NCBI GenBank assembly: GCA_902826215.1
Contig: CADEDY010000009.1
Location: forward strand, 52,304 to 116,303
Reading direction: 5' to 3'
Source of the DNA: an uncultured Bacteroidota bacterium
GTDB taxonomy: Bacteria > Bacteroidota > Bacteroidia > Flavobacteriales_F > PHOS-HE28
Length of the DNA stretch: 64,000 nt
The notes below the pieces were generated by a model. That model worked only from the letters and a program-made list of their open reading frames with translations. It did no database searches and was not told the DNA's origin. The position numbers were made by a program, and so were the translations under genes. Shown in pieces: positions 53,607 through 62,717 of the stretch. Each line of letters begins with the position of its first letter. Within the stretch, counting starts at the first letter, position 1.

Positions 53607-54844
53607 CGCTGTTGGGGCATCAATGCTTGCAAAGCGACCATCAGCTTGGCACTGATGGCATCACGATCGAAATGTGTGCGGACGTATTCCGCGCCGCTAT
53701 CACCGTGCAGCGATACAGAAGCCCTATCGTCCGCATACCGAACGGCAGCATCGGCGAGCGACTGCGCGTTCTCCGGTATGAACACGGTCCCGGCACGCCC
53801 TTGATCGATGAAGAGGTCCTTCGCTTCTCCTTCCACTCCGAGCAACAAGGGCTTGTGCAGTGCAAGCGCCTCGAAGATCTTGCTTGGGATCGCGCCTTTG
53901 AAAAGGTCGTTCCGGCGCAAGGGCACTACCACCGCATCGGCGGCGCGTAGACTTCCCAGTAGTTCGTTGCGTGGCATGCGGTCCACGAAATGGACATTGA
54001 TCGGATCGAGCGTGCGCTTCTGGTCGATCAACTTCTCCTTCTCCGGACCGTCACCGAGGATGATGAAATGGATGTCCTTTCGTGGGCGCAATAAAGCTGC
54101 CGCTTGAAGCACCACCTCCAGCCCTTGCGCATGGCCGATGATCCCTGCGTAGGCGATCACCAAATCGTTCGCACCGATGCCGAGACGCGAACGGATATCC
54201 GACGGTGCCATGGCCCTCGCCGAAGTGATCGATGCAAGGTCCACGCCGTTGGGTACCCACAATACGTTCTTGTCCGGGCAACGTGCTTGAATATCCTTGA
54301 CGATGCCTTGTGTTTGTCCCGTGATCAGCGCTGCGCGATGGTAACAGCGCATCTCCAGCCATGTACTCAGTTTGATCAATGTGGGGTTGGTGACCAAGCC
54401 GAGTTGCACGGCACTTTCGGGCCATAGGTCGCTCACGTTGAATACCAGCTTCGCCCCCTTCGCGCGCGCCAACCACATGGCGGTGATCCCCAGGAACAGT
54501 GGCGGCGATTCCACGAGCAGGATGTCCGAACGCTTCAATTTGAAGAGACCGACGATCAAGGCGGTGAAGACGAAGGAGAAGTAATTGAACAAGCGCGCTA
54601 TGATCCCGCGTCCTTTCGAGACGAAGATCCACGCGCGGTGTACGTCCATACCATCCATGCGCTCGCGTCGATAGAACGTCCCGCGGTATGCCTCCTGGAT
54701 CCGGTTGTCCGGATAGTTCGGCATCGCCGTGAGGATGGTAACCTCGGCACCCCGTCGTTGCAATGCACTGGCCGTAGCGAACAACCGGTTCTGCGGTGCG
54801 CCAGTTTCAGGTGGAAAGTACTGTGTGAGGACGACGATCTTCAT
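53603..54844 (-). CDS. Glycosyltransferase family 4 (WbuB/WcaI-like)
   Basis: MKIVVLTQYFPPETGAPQNRLFATASALQRRGAEVTILTAMPNYPDNRI... is a hallmark N-terminus of WbuB-like GT4 enzymes. The start is the internal Met of the track ORF. Confidence 0.75.
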   Translation of the reverse strand: MKIVVLTQYFPPETGAPQNRLFATASALQRRGAEVTILTAMPNYPDNRIQEAYRGTFYRRERMDGMDVHRAWIFVSKGRGIIARLFNYFSFVFTALIVGLFKLKRSDILLVESPPLFLGITAMWLARAKGAKLVFNVSDLWPESAVQLGLVTNPTLIKLSTWLEMRCYHRAALITGQTQGIVKDIQARCPDKNVLWVPNGVDLASITSARAMAPSDIRSRLGIGANDLVIAYAGIIGHAQGLEVVLQAAALLRPRKDIHFIILGDGPEKEKLIDQKRTLDPINVHFVDRMPRNELLGSLRAADAVVVPLRRNDLFKGAIPSKIFEALALHKPLLLGVEGEAKDLFIDQGRAGTVFIPENAQSLADAAVRYADDRASVSLHGDSGAEYVRTHFDRDAISAKLMVALQALMPQQR

Positions 54845-55650
54845 GCGCCCCGTTCCAATTGATCGATGGCTTCGGCATGCGTCACCATGCGATGACCACG
54901 TGCCATGAGCTCTTTCACCATGGCCTCGTACCACGCCATCCAGGTGGCAAAGGCGGGCGTGTAGTAGCGATCGTGGAAGAGCAGGTTGAAGTACGGCAGA
55001 CCCGCGCTTTCAGCAGCTTCCACCTTCGACATGGTGTGCGCAATGGCTCCCTTCAGGTCCCGGGATTGGTAGCGCTTGGAACCGTCCATCGCCCAGCCAT
55101 CCATCTCTTGCAATGGGAACTCCCACATGCGGCCGATACGGTGCGGTGCGCGGATCCCTTGCTCCGTGGCATCGAACCGATAACCGATGCGTTCCATTCG
55201 CTCGAAGGTGTGCGCATCCTGCCGTAGGTAGTGCATGCGGATCCCGAACCGATCCAACCCGCTGATCCGCTTGAACGCCTCATACTCGGATCGCATGGCA
55301 CTCTCATCATCGAACGCAATGCCGTGCACGCCGGCTTCGAAGCCGCGGGCGATCACTTTCGGGATCCATTCCTCCGCGTAGCGCATGGGATAGCTCAAAC
55401 CTTTGCCATTCGCCAAGCCGAAGAAGAAACAGGACCGGATGCCAAGGCGATCATGGAAGTCCATCACCTCGGAGATGTTCTGCCATTTGTTGCGCACCAG
55501 ATCGGCCCACCGCAGTGCGTATTCGCGCCCACTGATGATACCCTTCCCCAACTCCAGCGTATTGCGCACATAAAACTTGGGCACGATGGGATCCTTCCAA
55601 TGTTCCCACACGGTCATGTGGTCCACGTCGTGGCTGAGGATCACCTGCAT
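54841..55650 (-). CDS. Polysaccharide deacetylase-like (CE4-related) protein
   Basis: The N-terminus MQVILSHDVDHM (Asp/His metal-binding start) and its position inside the glycan operon support the call. Confidence is moderate. Confidence 0.5.
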   Translation of the reverse strand: MQVILSHDVDHMTVWEHWKDPIVPKFYVRNTLELGKGIISGREYALRWADLVRNKWQNISEVMDFHDRLGIRSCFFFGLANGKGLSYPMRYAEEWIPKVIARGFEAGVHGIAFDDESAMRSEYEAFKRISGLDRFGIRMHYLRQDAHTFERMERIGYRFDATEQGIRAPHRIGRMWEFPLQEMDGWAMDGSKRYQSRDLKGAIAHTMSKVEAAESAGLPYFNLLFHDRYYTPAFATWMAWYEAMVKELMARGHRMVTHAEAIDQLERGA

Positions 55651-55653
55651 GGT

Positions 55654-56610
55654 TCAGAACTGGTGGCGCCACTTGCGCTTGAGCATCATTTCCAGCAGGA
55701 ACGACGCACGGTTCACGGTGAAATACGGTGTTAGCTGCGCTCCAAAGCCACGGAAGAACCGTTCGATCTCCGGGATCATGGAGCCTTCGAGATCGAACTG
55801 TGGAATACCTCGTTGTGCTGCTTCGGCGATGCAGCGATCCACCGTCATGGCACCTGCTCCTGCATGGCCTCCTGACTTCACATGACCGCCGAGCAGGTAG
55901 TAGGCCCTATGACCATCCACCGCACAGAACGCACCAGCAATGGGTGTTCCTTTCAACTCGGTGAGGAATGCATATCCATGGCCACCATCAAGGAACGCTT
56001 GAAGGATCCGATCCACTTTGGCATGATCCAACGCCTTTCCCTTGCGATCGAAGGTGGCTTGGATCAATGGCAGCACCTCAGCGCGCGAAGCGGTACGAAC
56101 GGTAACACCATCGGTTTCCGCCTTCTTGATCGCGTTGCGGGTCTCGGTCGCATAGTCCTGCCGCAACGCATCGATGCCCGGAGCGAGATCGATGCGGTAT
56201 GTGTACGATGGCACCACCTTACACCCCGCCCAGATGTAGGGCTGCATGTCCACCACTTCCGGTGGGAATGCCACCATCACCACGCCCGGCAAGCCGTTCA
56301 AGAACGTTGCGATAGCCGTGTGCACTTTCTTGCCTTCGCCGATCCGCTTGGCGGGGTTCTTCGCCCGAATGGTTGCGATGAACCCGCAGTTCTGGTTGAA
56401 GGGTGGATGGCTCCACAACGTGAGCCCGCTCCGCTTGGACCGGACCAACTGGAATCCCGCCAGAACAATTCCCTTTTCATCGGCAACTCCGAATCGCTGA
56501 AGGTCTACACCCTGCACTGCCCGCCAACCCGGAAGTTGCATCAGACCAGCATCGGGCGAGGACGCGCCTAATGCAGCCCAGGCCTCATCGGTGATCGGTA
56601 TTACTTGCAT
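55654..56610 (-). CDS. FemAB-like GNAT acyltransferase (Acetyltransf_6-type) of glycan clusters
   Basis: The protein is about 318 aa with a GNAT-like C-terminal fold and lies inside the glycan operon. Assignment is by architecture. Confidence 0.5.
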   Translation of the reverse strand: MQVIPITDEAWAALGASSPDAGLMQLPGWRAVQGVDLQRFGVADEKGIVLAGFQLVRSKRSGLTLWSHPPFNQNCGFIATIRAKNPAKRIGEGKKVHTAIATFLNGLPGVVMVAFPPEVVDMQPYIWAGCKVVPSYTYRIDLAPGIDALRQDYATETRNAIKKAETDGVTVRTASRAEVLPLIQATFDRKGKALDHAKVDRILQAFLDGGHGYAFLTELKGTPIAGAFCAVDGHRAYYLLGGHVKSGGHAGAGAMTVDRCIAEAAQRGIPQFDLEGSMIPEIERFFRGFGAQLTPYFTVNRASFLLEMMLKRKWRHQF

Positions 56611-57728
56611 CAGCGTGCCGCTAGCGCGCGGTAAAGGTCGATGAGAACATGTTGCTCCGCTTCCCAGGAATACCGTTCCAACACTTCGGACCGAGCAGTC
56701 TCCCCCATGCGTTCACGTCCGTCCGGGTCATCACGCAAGTTGGTGATCGCAGCGGCAATGGCATCCACATCCTGTGCAGAAGCGAACCGCGCCGATGTTC
56801 CGAAGGTCTGTTGCCAGAATGGAAAATCGCTCATCAGCATTGGTTTCCGGCAGGCCATGTATTCAAATGCCTTGATGGGCAGGCTGAGCATGTAGTTGTG
56901 CAGCGGATAGAGCAGACAAACGCCCACATGCGCCGCCCGGATGTGGTCATAGACGGCATCCATTCGAACTTGACCGAGGTCATCGACGCGTTCCCACCCC
57001 AGGGTGTTGCGGCACTCCACATGGAATGCTTCATCGCTCCATGGCCCCAACAACTTCAGGCGCACTGCGGGGACCTGGGGCAACGCACTGATGAGCTCCT
57101 TTATCCCACGCACACGTGACAGGCCACCGACATAGATCAGGGTGAACTCTACTGGCGTGGGTAGCGGGGACAGGACCCGATCGATGAGTTGGATCACGGG
57201 TAGGTTGCGCACCACGTGCACCTTGTGCGCTTGACCGGGCATGGCGTGTTGCAATTCCGTGCGCATCTGTTCCACCACCACCAGAACTGCATCCACGCGC
57301 CTTACAACGGTATCTTCCAGCCACGCGTAGCACCAAGAACCGATCTTCCTCAGCCAAACGGGGCCGAGCCAGGTCTTGGTGAGGATGTGCGCCCGCATGG
57401 ACTCGTGCATATCGTACACCACATGGTTCTTGCGTCCCTTCAGTAGCCACGCGACCCACAGCAATTCAGGGTCATGGATCTGGTAGATATCCGCCTGTTG
57501 TGCCTTTGCCGTGCGATAGGCGCGCCACGCGCCTAGTGTCGCCCGCAACAACCTTGATGAGGGGACCTTTACGGGTATGATGCGTACGCCATCCTCAGAG
57601 GCTGTCAGCGCGATGGGCGCCACCAACACCGTGTCGAAACCCGCAGCGGCAAGTGATCGGCACTGCTTGAAGAAGATGCGGTCGTCGTACGGTCCATGTA
57701 CGGTGGTGATATGACAAACCTGTGTCAT
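56610..57728 (-). CDS. Glycosyltransferase family 4
   Basis: A GT-B fold is present, with C-terminal ...VYVGGLSRVRGIKELISA...GVCLLYPLHNYMLSLPIKAFEYMACRKPMLMSDF carrying the conserved E-x7-E-like region. Confidence 0.7.
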   Translation of the reverse strand: MTQVCHITTVHGPYDDRIFFKQCRSLAAAGFDTVLVAPIALTASEDGVRIIPVKVPSSRLLRATLGAWRAYRTAKAQQADIYQIHDPELLWVAWLLKGRKNHVVYDMHESMRAHILTKTWLGPVWLRKIGSWCYAWLEDTVVRRVDAVLVVVEQMRTELQHAMPGQAHKVHVVRNLPVIQLIDRVLSPLPTPVEFTLIYVGGLSRVRGIKELISALPQVPAVRLKLLGPWSDEAFHVECRNTLGWERVDDLGQVRMDAVYDHIRAAHVGVCLLYPLHNYMLSLPIKAFEYMACRKPMLMSDFPFWQQTFGTSARFASAQDVDAIAAAITNLRDDPDGRERMGETARSEVLERYSWEAEQHVLIDLYRALAAR

Positions 57729-58921
57729 GCCGCCGGTTCGTGATCAGGTCGAATAATCAGGAACAACAGTAGCGCGAGCGCCCAGCCGTGTGTGAGCAGG
57801 ACGGTGGGCAATGCCCCACCAGTAAGACTGAGCAGTGGAAAGACACTCAGCACAAGCGCCCATCGCCAGCGCGGCCCGAAGCACAAGCGGGCAACGGTCA
57901 GCATCAGCGCGGTGATGACCCCAGAGCCTAAAAGCCCCCATCGACCGAAGTTCGCGTAGCCGTACATGAACGAGGCTGTGCCCATGGTACCGGGTACATT
58001 CTTCTCGGCCATTTCCGGATACTCCAGTGCATAGATACTTTCTGAAAGATCCTGGTATGGTTGACCAAGCACTACAGCCAGTGGGCGAACCGCTGCGCCT
58101 TCTGCGAACGGAATGTCGGAAGGGATATGCTGGAACCATGCTGCAACGGTATGACCAGGCATCAGGACAAGACGCTTTCCGACACCGAGAAAAGCATCCC
58201 CCAACAAACCGTGTTCACGAACACCTTCATCTTCCGGGATCGAAACCGAGGGTTGGCCGGTGGGCGTTGCATCAATGGATCGGAACTTCTGCGGGTTCGC
58301 TGCCCAGGACAAAGTCACCGTGAGAGCCAAGAAAATTCCGGTCAAGGTCAACAACGGCTTCCAGTTCCTCTTGATCAGCAGTGCGAACCAGAGCGGTATG
58401 AAGAGTGTGATGACGAAACTCTTGGCGAGCAACGAAACTGCGAAGACACCAGCACAAACCGCAAGCGACCAGAACAACCTGCGATCAGCGGTCCATGCCA
58501 ACAGCAGCGCCATGGGGGCCAGCGCCTTTATCTGCAAATGCCCCGCATAATTGAGCCACATCGGTACACCATCCCCTGCCTCCCGGCGGATAGTGACGAT
58601 GCGCAGGTCATCAGCCTCGTGCAATGCGGTCCACAAGGGCACATTGCCCAATGCGGCCCAATAGACGGGTAGTAGCACGATCTGGAACAACAGGACCGCT
58701 ATGATGAAGTGCCGAATGGAAAGGCGGGGCCAGCTCGGCAACGCCAGTTCCTGCGGCGCCACTTTGAGCAGGACCAAATGGGTGATCACCAATGCCAGCA
58801 AATAGATGCACATATCGATGAGGTAGAGCGACCCGGTGCGTTCGATCAAGCCCACAAGGAGAAGCGCCAGAATGAGGCCATGCAGCAAGATCAGAAGATG
58901 GCGGGTGGCGATCGTCCTCAT
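57725..58921 (-). CDS. Polytopic membrane protein of the glycan operon (second Wzy-like polymerase candidate)
   Basis: The protein has about 11 hydrophobic helices, no soluble domains, and overlaps both neighbours by 4 nt. Confidence 0.4.
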   Translation of the reverse strand: MRTIATRHLLILLHGLILALLLVGLIERTGSLYLIDMCIYLLALVITHLVLLKVAPQELALPSWPRLSIRHFIIAVLLFQIVLLPVYWAALGNVPLWTALHEADDLRIVTIRREAGDGVPMWLNYAGHLQIKALAPMALLLAWTADRRLFWSLAVCAGVFAVSLLAKSFVITLFIPLWFALLIKRNWKPLLTLTGIFLALTVTLSWAANPQKFRSIDATPTGQPSVSIPEDEGVREHGLLGDAFLGVGKRLVLMPGHTVAAWFQHIPSDIPFAEGAAVRPLAVVLGQPYQDLSESIYALEYPEMAEKNVPGTMGTASFMYGYANFGRWGLLGSGVITALMLTVARLCFGPRWRWALVLSVFPLLSLTGGALPTVLLTHGWALALLLFLIIRPDHEPAA

Positions 58922-60192
58922 ACCGCTGGAGATCTCAGGTTCCTGTCATAGCGTGACACATGGTACCACACCCAGCCTAGGTATGCTCCATACGCCAATA
59001 CCTCCACCGCACTGAGCAGCATCATGAACTGCAGTGCTGGCAATTCATTGAACAGGGGTAACACCGCGAGCAACCCAGCGAAAAGAAGCGGGAACGCCAT
59101 GGTCGATTTCACCTTGCCCAACGCAAGTAGCTGAGTGCTGAGGGCCCCGCCGACGAATTGAAAGGCGTATCCCCAGATCAGAATAGTGGAAGCCTGTCCA
59201 GAAAAACGCCATTGCTCACCGAAAATGACAATGAAAAGTTGTTCACCGAAAAATGACACCACCAAGCATGCAAAAAGTGCCATACCGGAAAGCAACAAGA
59301 GAGCGCGCTTGAGTTCTTCACCAATAGGCCGATCCTCCCGAACCGCCGAAGCGGTCCGTTCAAACAAGAGTTGTCCGACCACGACACCGATCATCGAACT
59401 AGGAGCGAGGAGGTATTGGCGTGCGAAATTGTGTTGACCAGCCACCTCCGGTGGATAATAAAGTGTCATGTACATCACCGCCACTCCCGACGCAATGGCC
59501 CCCACCAATGCAGGCCATGCGTTGTGCAATGGGAACTCCTTGTACTTCTCCAGCATGGCCAACGACCGGGATCGGTCCCATGAACCTTCAACGGGCGCCA
59601 CCCGCGATACGAACCACCAGGTGCATAGAAGATAGCCCCCCCAACCAACGAAATAGCCCAACAACAGGCCTTGTGCATGCGCGAAATACCCCAGCAGGAT
59701 GGTCACGACAGTGATCACAACCGCCTGGAGCACCTTTAACCGGGCCATCGCCACGAAAGCACGCTCCCGGAGCATCCACTGCTGATAAAAGGACTGGATA
59801 CCGGCGAAAACAGCCAGTGCTACGATAACCGACAGAGCACCGTTGGACAGAGGCCGACCCAGTTGTTCCGCCAGTGGTCCACGAAAAAGCAGGAGCACAC
59901 CGAAGACGACCAGCCCTCCCATCAGGGTGAACGCTACCCCTCCGCGCAGTAGATCGCCTGCAGCTCCACGCTCACGTGGCGCAGCCAAGGCCAATTCATA
60001 CCGTCCGGTGATGATCACATTGATCACATTGAACACCACCAGCGCAGCCCCGAAAAGGGCGAATTGGGGGGCATCGTACAATCGGGCAATGAGCGGCGCC
60101 GCAAGGAATGGTATGACCTGGGCCAGAAGCGTGCCGGTGAACAGGGTCGCCAAAGAACGTTTGAAGGAGGTCTGCGGGTACGCCTTTGGCAT
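58918..60192 (-). CDS. Wzx-type oligosaccharide flippase (polysaccharide biosynthesis protein, MOP superfamily)
   Basis: Twelve to fourteen transmembrane helices are present, with an N-terminus KRSLATLFTGTLLAQVIPFLAAPLIARLY typical of Wzx. It is the first gene of the operon. Confidence 0.65.
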   Translation of the reverse strand: MPKAYPQTSFKRSLATLFTGTLLAQVIPFLAAPLIARLYDAPQFALFGAALVVFNVINVIITGRYELALAAPRERGAAGDLLRGGVAFTLMGGLVVFGVLLLFRGPLAEQLGRPLSNGALSVIVALAVFAGIQSFYQQWMLRERAFVAMARLKVLQAVVITVVTILLGYFAHAQGLLLGYFVGWGGYLLCTWWFVSRVAPVEGSWDRSRSLAMLEKYKEFPLHNAWPALVGAIASGVAVMYMTLYYPPEVAGQHNFARQYLLAPSSMIGVVVGQLLFERTASAVREDRPIGEELKRALLLLSGMALFACLVVSFFGEQLFIVIFGEQWRFSGQASTILIWGYAFQFVGGALSTQLLALGKVKSTMAFPLLFAGLLAVLPLFNELPALQFMMLLSAVEVLAYGAYLGWVWYHVSRYDRNLRSPAV

Positions 60193-60346
60193 GGGAAACG
60201 CGTGCAAAGTAAGAACCGTTGGAGCGGCACTCCCGGTCGCCTCCGCTGCGCACGACATCCACTCCTACGGTCTGTCCACCGCTCATCCTGTAATTGGAAG
60301 CTGGGGTGCGGGGTTCCGCTATCTTCAGCCCATCGAAACGGAACAC

Positions 60347-60784
60347 ATGGACTTCTTTCAGTGGCATTGGTGGGCCGGACTTGCCATCATCCTTTTCATC
60401 GCGGAGATCTTCGTGCCTGGCTTCTTTTTGGTATGCCTTGGCATCGGCTGCATCGGTGGTAGTCTACTCGCCGCGGCCGGTTTCGGGGCCAGCGTGCAGC
60501 TGATCGCCTTCTCGGCCTTCTCCCTGATCGCCTTCTTCACGATCCGTCCGGTGTTGATGAAGCGCATGTTCAAGGACAACAACGTGCGCACCAATATGGA
60601 CGCACTCATTGGCCAGCACGGCAAGGTGACCCAGGACTTCGAGCCCGGCCTGCGTTTGGGTCGTGTGGCCGTGGGTGGTGATGATTGGCGCGCCGAAAGC
60701 ACGACCGACCATCCGCTCCATGTAGGCGATGTCGTGAAGATCGTCCGTGTGGACAGCAATACCGTGATCGTTAAACCCCTGTGA
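60347..60784 (+). CDS. NfeD-family membrane protein (stomatin-operon partner)
   Basis: Internal Met of track ORF 59843-60784 (MDFFQWHWWAGLAIILFIAEIFVPGFFLVCLGIG...), with a C-terminal OB-fold beta domain (GKVTQDFEPGLRLGRVAVGGDDWRAES...VKIVRVDSNTVIVKP). The 5' 500 nt of the track ORF is antisense to the Wzx gene. Confidence 0.7.
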   Translation: MDFFQWHWWAGLAIILFIAEIFVPGFFLVCLGIGCIGGSLLAAAGFGASVQLIAFSAFSLIAFFTIRPVLMKRMFKDNNVRTNMDALIGQHGKVTQDFEPGLRLGRVAVGGDDWRAESTTDHPLHVGDVVKIVRVDSNTVIVKPL

Positions 60785-60929
60785 TAAGCTACAAGCCTTA
60801 TGCTCTAAGCTTCAAGCTCCAAAATGCAGTTTACCTCAGTCAATTGATCCTTGGACCTTTGCGATTGAGTTTTGATGCTTGGAACTTGTGACTTGAAGCT
60901 TTGAGCTTTACACTTTTACACCAACCCCC

Positions 60930-61925
60930 ATGACCCCAGGACTATTCATCCTCTTACTAGTCGCCGTCTTCGTCGTTTTCCTTGTCGCCAAAGGCGTGCG
61001 CATCGTGCAACAGAGCGAAGCCATGGTGATCGAGCGTTTCGGTAAGTATCGTACCACGCTCGTCGCCGGTTTCAACATCATCATCCCGGTGTTCGACAAG
61101 CCACGCGAGATCATCTCCCGCCTCACGCGTGATCTGCCCGACGGCAACAAGTACATTCAGTTCATGAAGAAAGAGCGCATCGACCTGCGTGAATCGGTGT
61201 TCGATTTCCCGAAGCAGAACGTGATCACCAAGGACAACGTGATGACCGAGATCAACGCTTTGCTCTATTTCCAGGTAATGGATCCGGTGAAGGCGATGTA
61301 CGAGATCGAGAACCTACCGATGGCGATCGAGAAGCTCACACAGACCACCTTGCGTAACGTGATCGGCGAAATGGACCTGGATGAGTGCCTCACCAGCCGC
61401 GACACGATCAACGGCAAGTTGCGCGCGATCCTGGACGAGGCCAGCCACAAGTGGGGCGTGAAGGTGAACCGCGTGGAATTGCAGGACATCAACCCACCGC
61501 GCGACATCCGCGAGGCCATGGAGAAGCAGATGCGTGCCGAACGTGATAAGCGCGCACAGATCATCGACGCCGAGGGTAGCAAGCGTGCCGCTGTGTTGCA
61601 AGCAGAAGGTATCCAACAAGCACAGATCACTACTGCCGAAGGCCAGAAGCAAGGCCAGATCCTGGAAGCGGAAGGTGATGCACAATCACGCATCCGTCGC
61701 GCACAAGGTGAAGCCGAAGCGATCCGCTTGGTGACCGATGCGATCAAAGGCGCCAACGCCGATCCGGCCAACTACCTGATCGCGATGAAGTACTTGGAAA
61801 CGCTGGAAGCCATGACCAGCGGCAAGGACAACAAGGTGGTGTACATTCCGTTCGAGGCCACGGGCGTGCTGAGCAGCTTGGGTGGTATCAAGGATATGCT
61901 GGCCGGGACACAGGTGAAGAACTGA
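60930..61925 (+). CDS. SPFH/Band-7 (stomatin-like, slipin) family protein
   Basis: An N-terminal membrane anchor is followed by the SPFH core (VRIVQQSEAMVIERFGKYRTTL...TKDNVMTEINALLYFQVMDP...IEKLTQTTLRNVIGEMDLDE) and a coiled-coil C-terminus. Confidence 0.9.
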   Translation: MTPGLFILLLVAVFVVFLVAKGVRIVQQSEAMVIERFGKYRTTLVAGFNIIIPVFDKPREIISRLTRDLPDGNKYIQFMKKERIDLRESVFDFPKQNVITKDNVMTEINALLYFQVMDPVKAMYEIENLPMAIEKLTQTTLRNVIGEMDLDECLTSRDTINGKLRAILDEASHKWGVKVNRVELQDINPPRDIREAMEKQMRAERDKRAQIIDAEGSKRAAVLQAEGIQQAQITTAEGQKQGQILEAEGDAQSRIRRAQGEAEAIRLVTDAIKGANADPANYLIAMKYLETLEAMTSGKDNKVVYIPFEATGVLSSLGGIKDMLAGTQVKN

Positions 61926-61942
61926 ACCGAACCAAATGCATG

Positions 61943-61977
61943 AAGCCCCGCTGATGATAGCATCAGCGGGGCTTTTT
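61943..61977 (+). terminator. Rho-independent terminator of the SPFH gene
   Basis: The 14 bp stem AAGCCCCGCTGATG / CATCAGCGGGGCTT encloses a 4-nt loop and is followed by TTTTT. It lies 18 nt after the stop codon. Confidence 0.75.
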
Positions 61978-62004
61978 CATCCCAAGCATACCTACCTTCA
62001 ACCC

Positions 62005-62316
62005 ATGCCCGCCTACTCCACCCTCTCCGAAGCCGTGAACGATCTACAAAAGCGCGGCTACACTGATGACCTGGTGCTTGCCGAGAAATGCCTCGTCTGC
62101 GATGCGCGCGGCCTGAGCTTGGATCCCGCACAATTCGAGATCGACGAGTTCCACCGCTTCGAGGGCAACAGCGACCCCGAGGACCAGAGCATCGTCTACG
62201 CCATCAGCTCAAAGGACCATGCGGTCCAAGGCATACTGGTGAGCGCCTACGGCATGGACGCATCGAGCCTCGCGCAGGAGATGGTGCGCAAACTGGCCAC
62301 GCATCCGCAGAGTTGA
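62005..62316 (+). CDS. Hypothetical protein (about 103 aa)
   Basis: The start is the internal Met (MPAYSTLSEAVNDLQKRGYTDD...) downstream of the terminator; the track ORF start at 61936 lies inside the terminator hairpin. GC3 is coding-like. Confidence 0.4.
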   Translation: MPAYSTLSEAVNDLQKRGYTDDLVLAEKCLVCDARGLSLDPAQFEIDEFHRFEGNSDPEDQSIVYAISSKDHAVQGILVSAYGMDASSLAQEMVRKLATHPQS

Positions 62317-62320
62317 AGGA

Positions 62321-62453
62321 GATCTGTCCGCAGATAGCGCAGATGAGTACCTCCTTTGCAATAAGTGGCATTGTCGGTCTCTCTGGTACCCTCCCTGCAT
62401 AAAGCCTTGTATTTGATCTGCGCTCATCTGCGTAATCTGCGAAATCTGCGGAC
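62321..62453. repeat. Cluster of phased heptamer repeats ATCTGCG / CGCAGAT forming nested long-range inverted repeats
   Basis: CGCAGAT occurs at 62329-62335 and 62338-62344. ATCTGCG occurs at 62416, 62426, 62435 and 62444. The arm TCCGCAGAT (62327-62335) pairs with ATCTGCGGA (62445-62453), and CGCAGATGAG (62338-62347) pairs with CTCATCTGCG (62423-62432). Confidence 0.5.
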
Positions 62454-62717
62454 CGCATTTCCCGGCGCTTTGCGCCTCATCTCGAACCTTCCCGAACTTT
62501 CCACGTATCTTTGGCCCGTTCGTCTACTTGATGAACAAAGCCCCCAGCGCCCAGCTTTCGCTTCACCGCAACTGTCCAGGCGCAATTCCCAGCGGATCAT
62601 TGCACGCCGGACCCGATAGACGGGGCTTCCACAACAACACTTGAAAAGGTGTGTTCAGGGACAATGGCCTGAACGCACCGCACACAACCCGCGCTGGGGT
62701 TATCCAGCGTACGCAGT

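Noticed and set aside
59843-60784. 313-codon plus-strand ORF spanning the Wzx to nfeD junction
   Set aside because: Only the last 145 codons (from MDFFQWHWW, 60347) show membrane-protein/NfeD character. The first about 500 nt are antisense to the Wzx flippase gene and Pro/Arg/Ser-rich.
62321-62453. Possible CRISPR array suggested by the repeated ATCTGCG units
   Set aside because: The repeats are only 7 nt with irregular 9-10 nt spacing and inverted copies. No 24-40 nt direct repeats with unique spacers exist anywhere in the window, and no cas genes are present.
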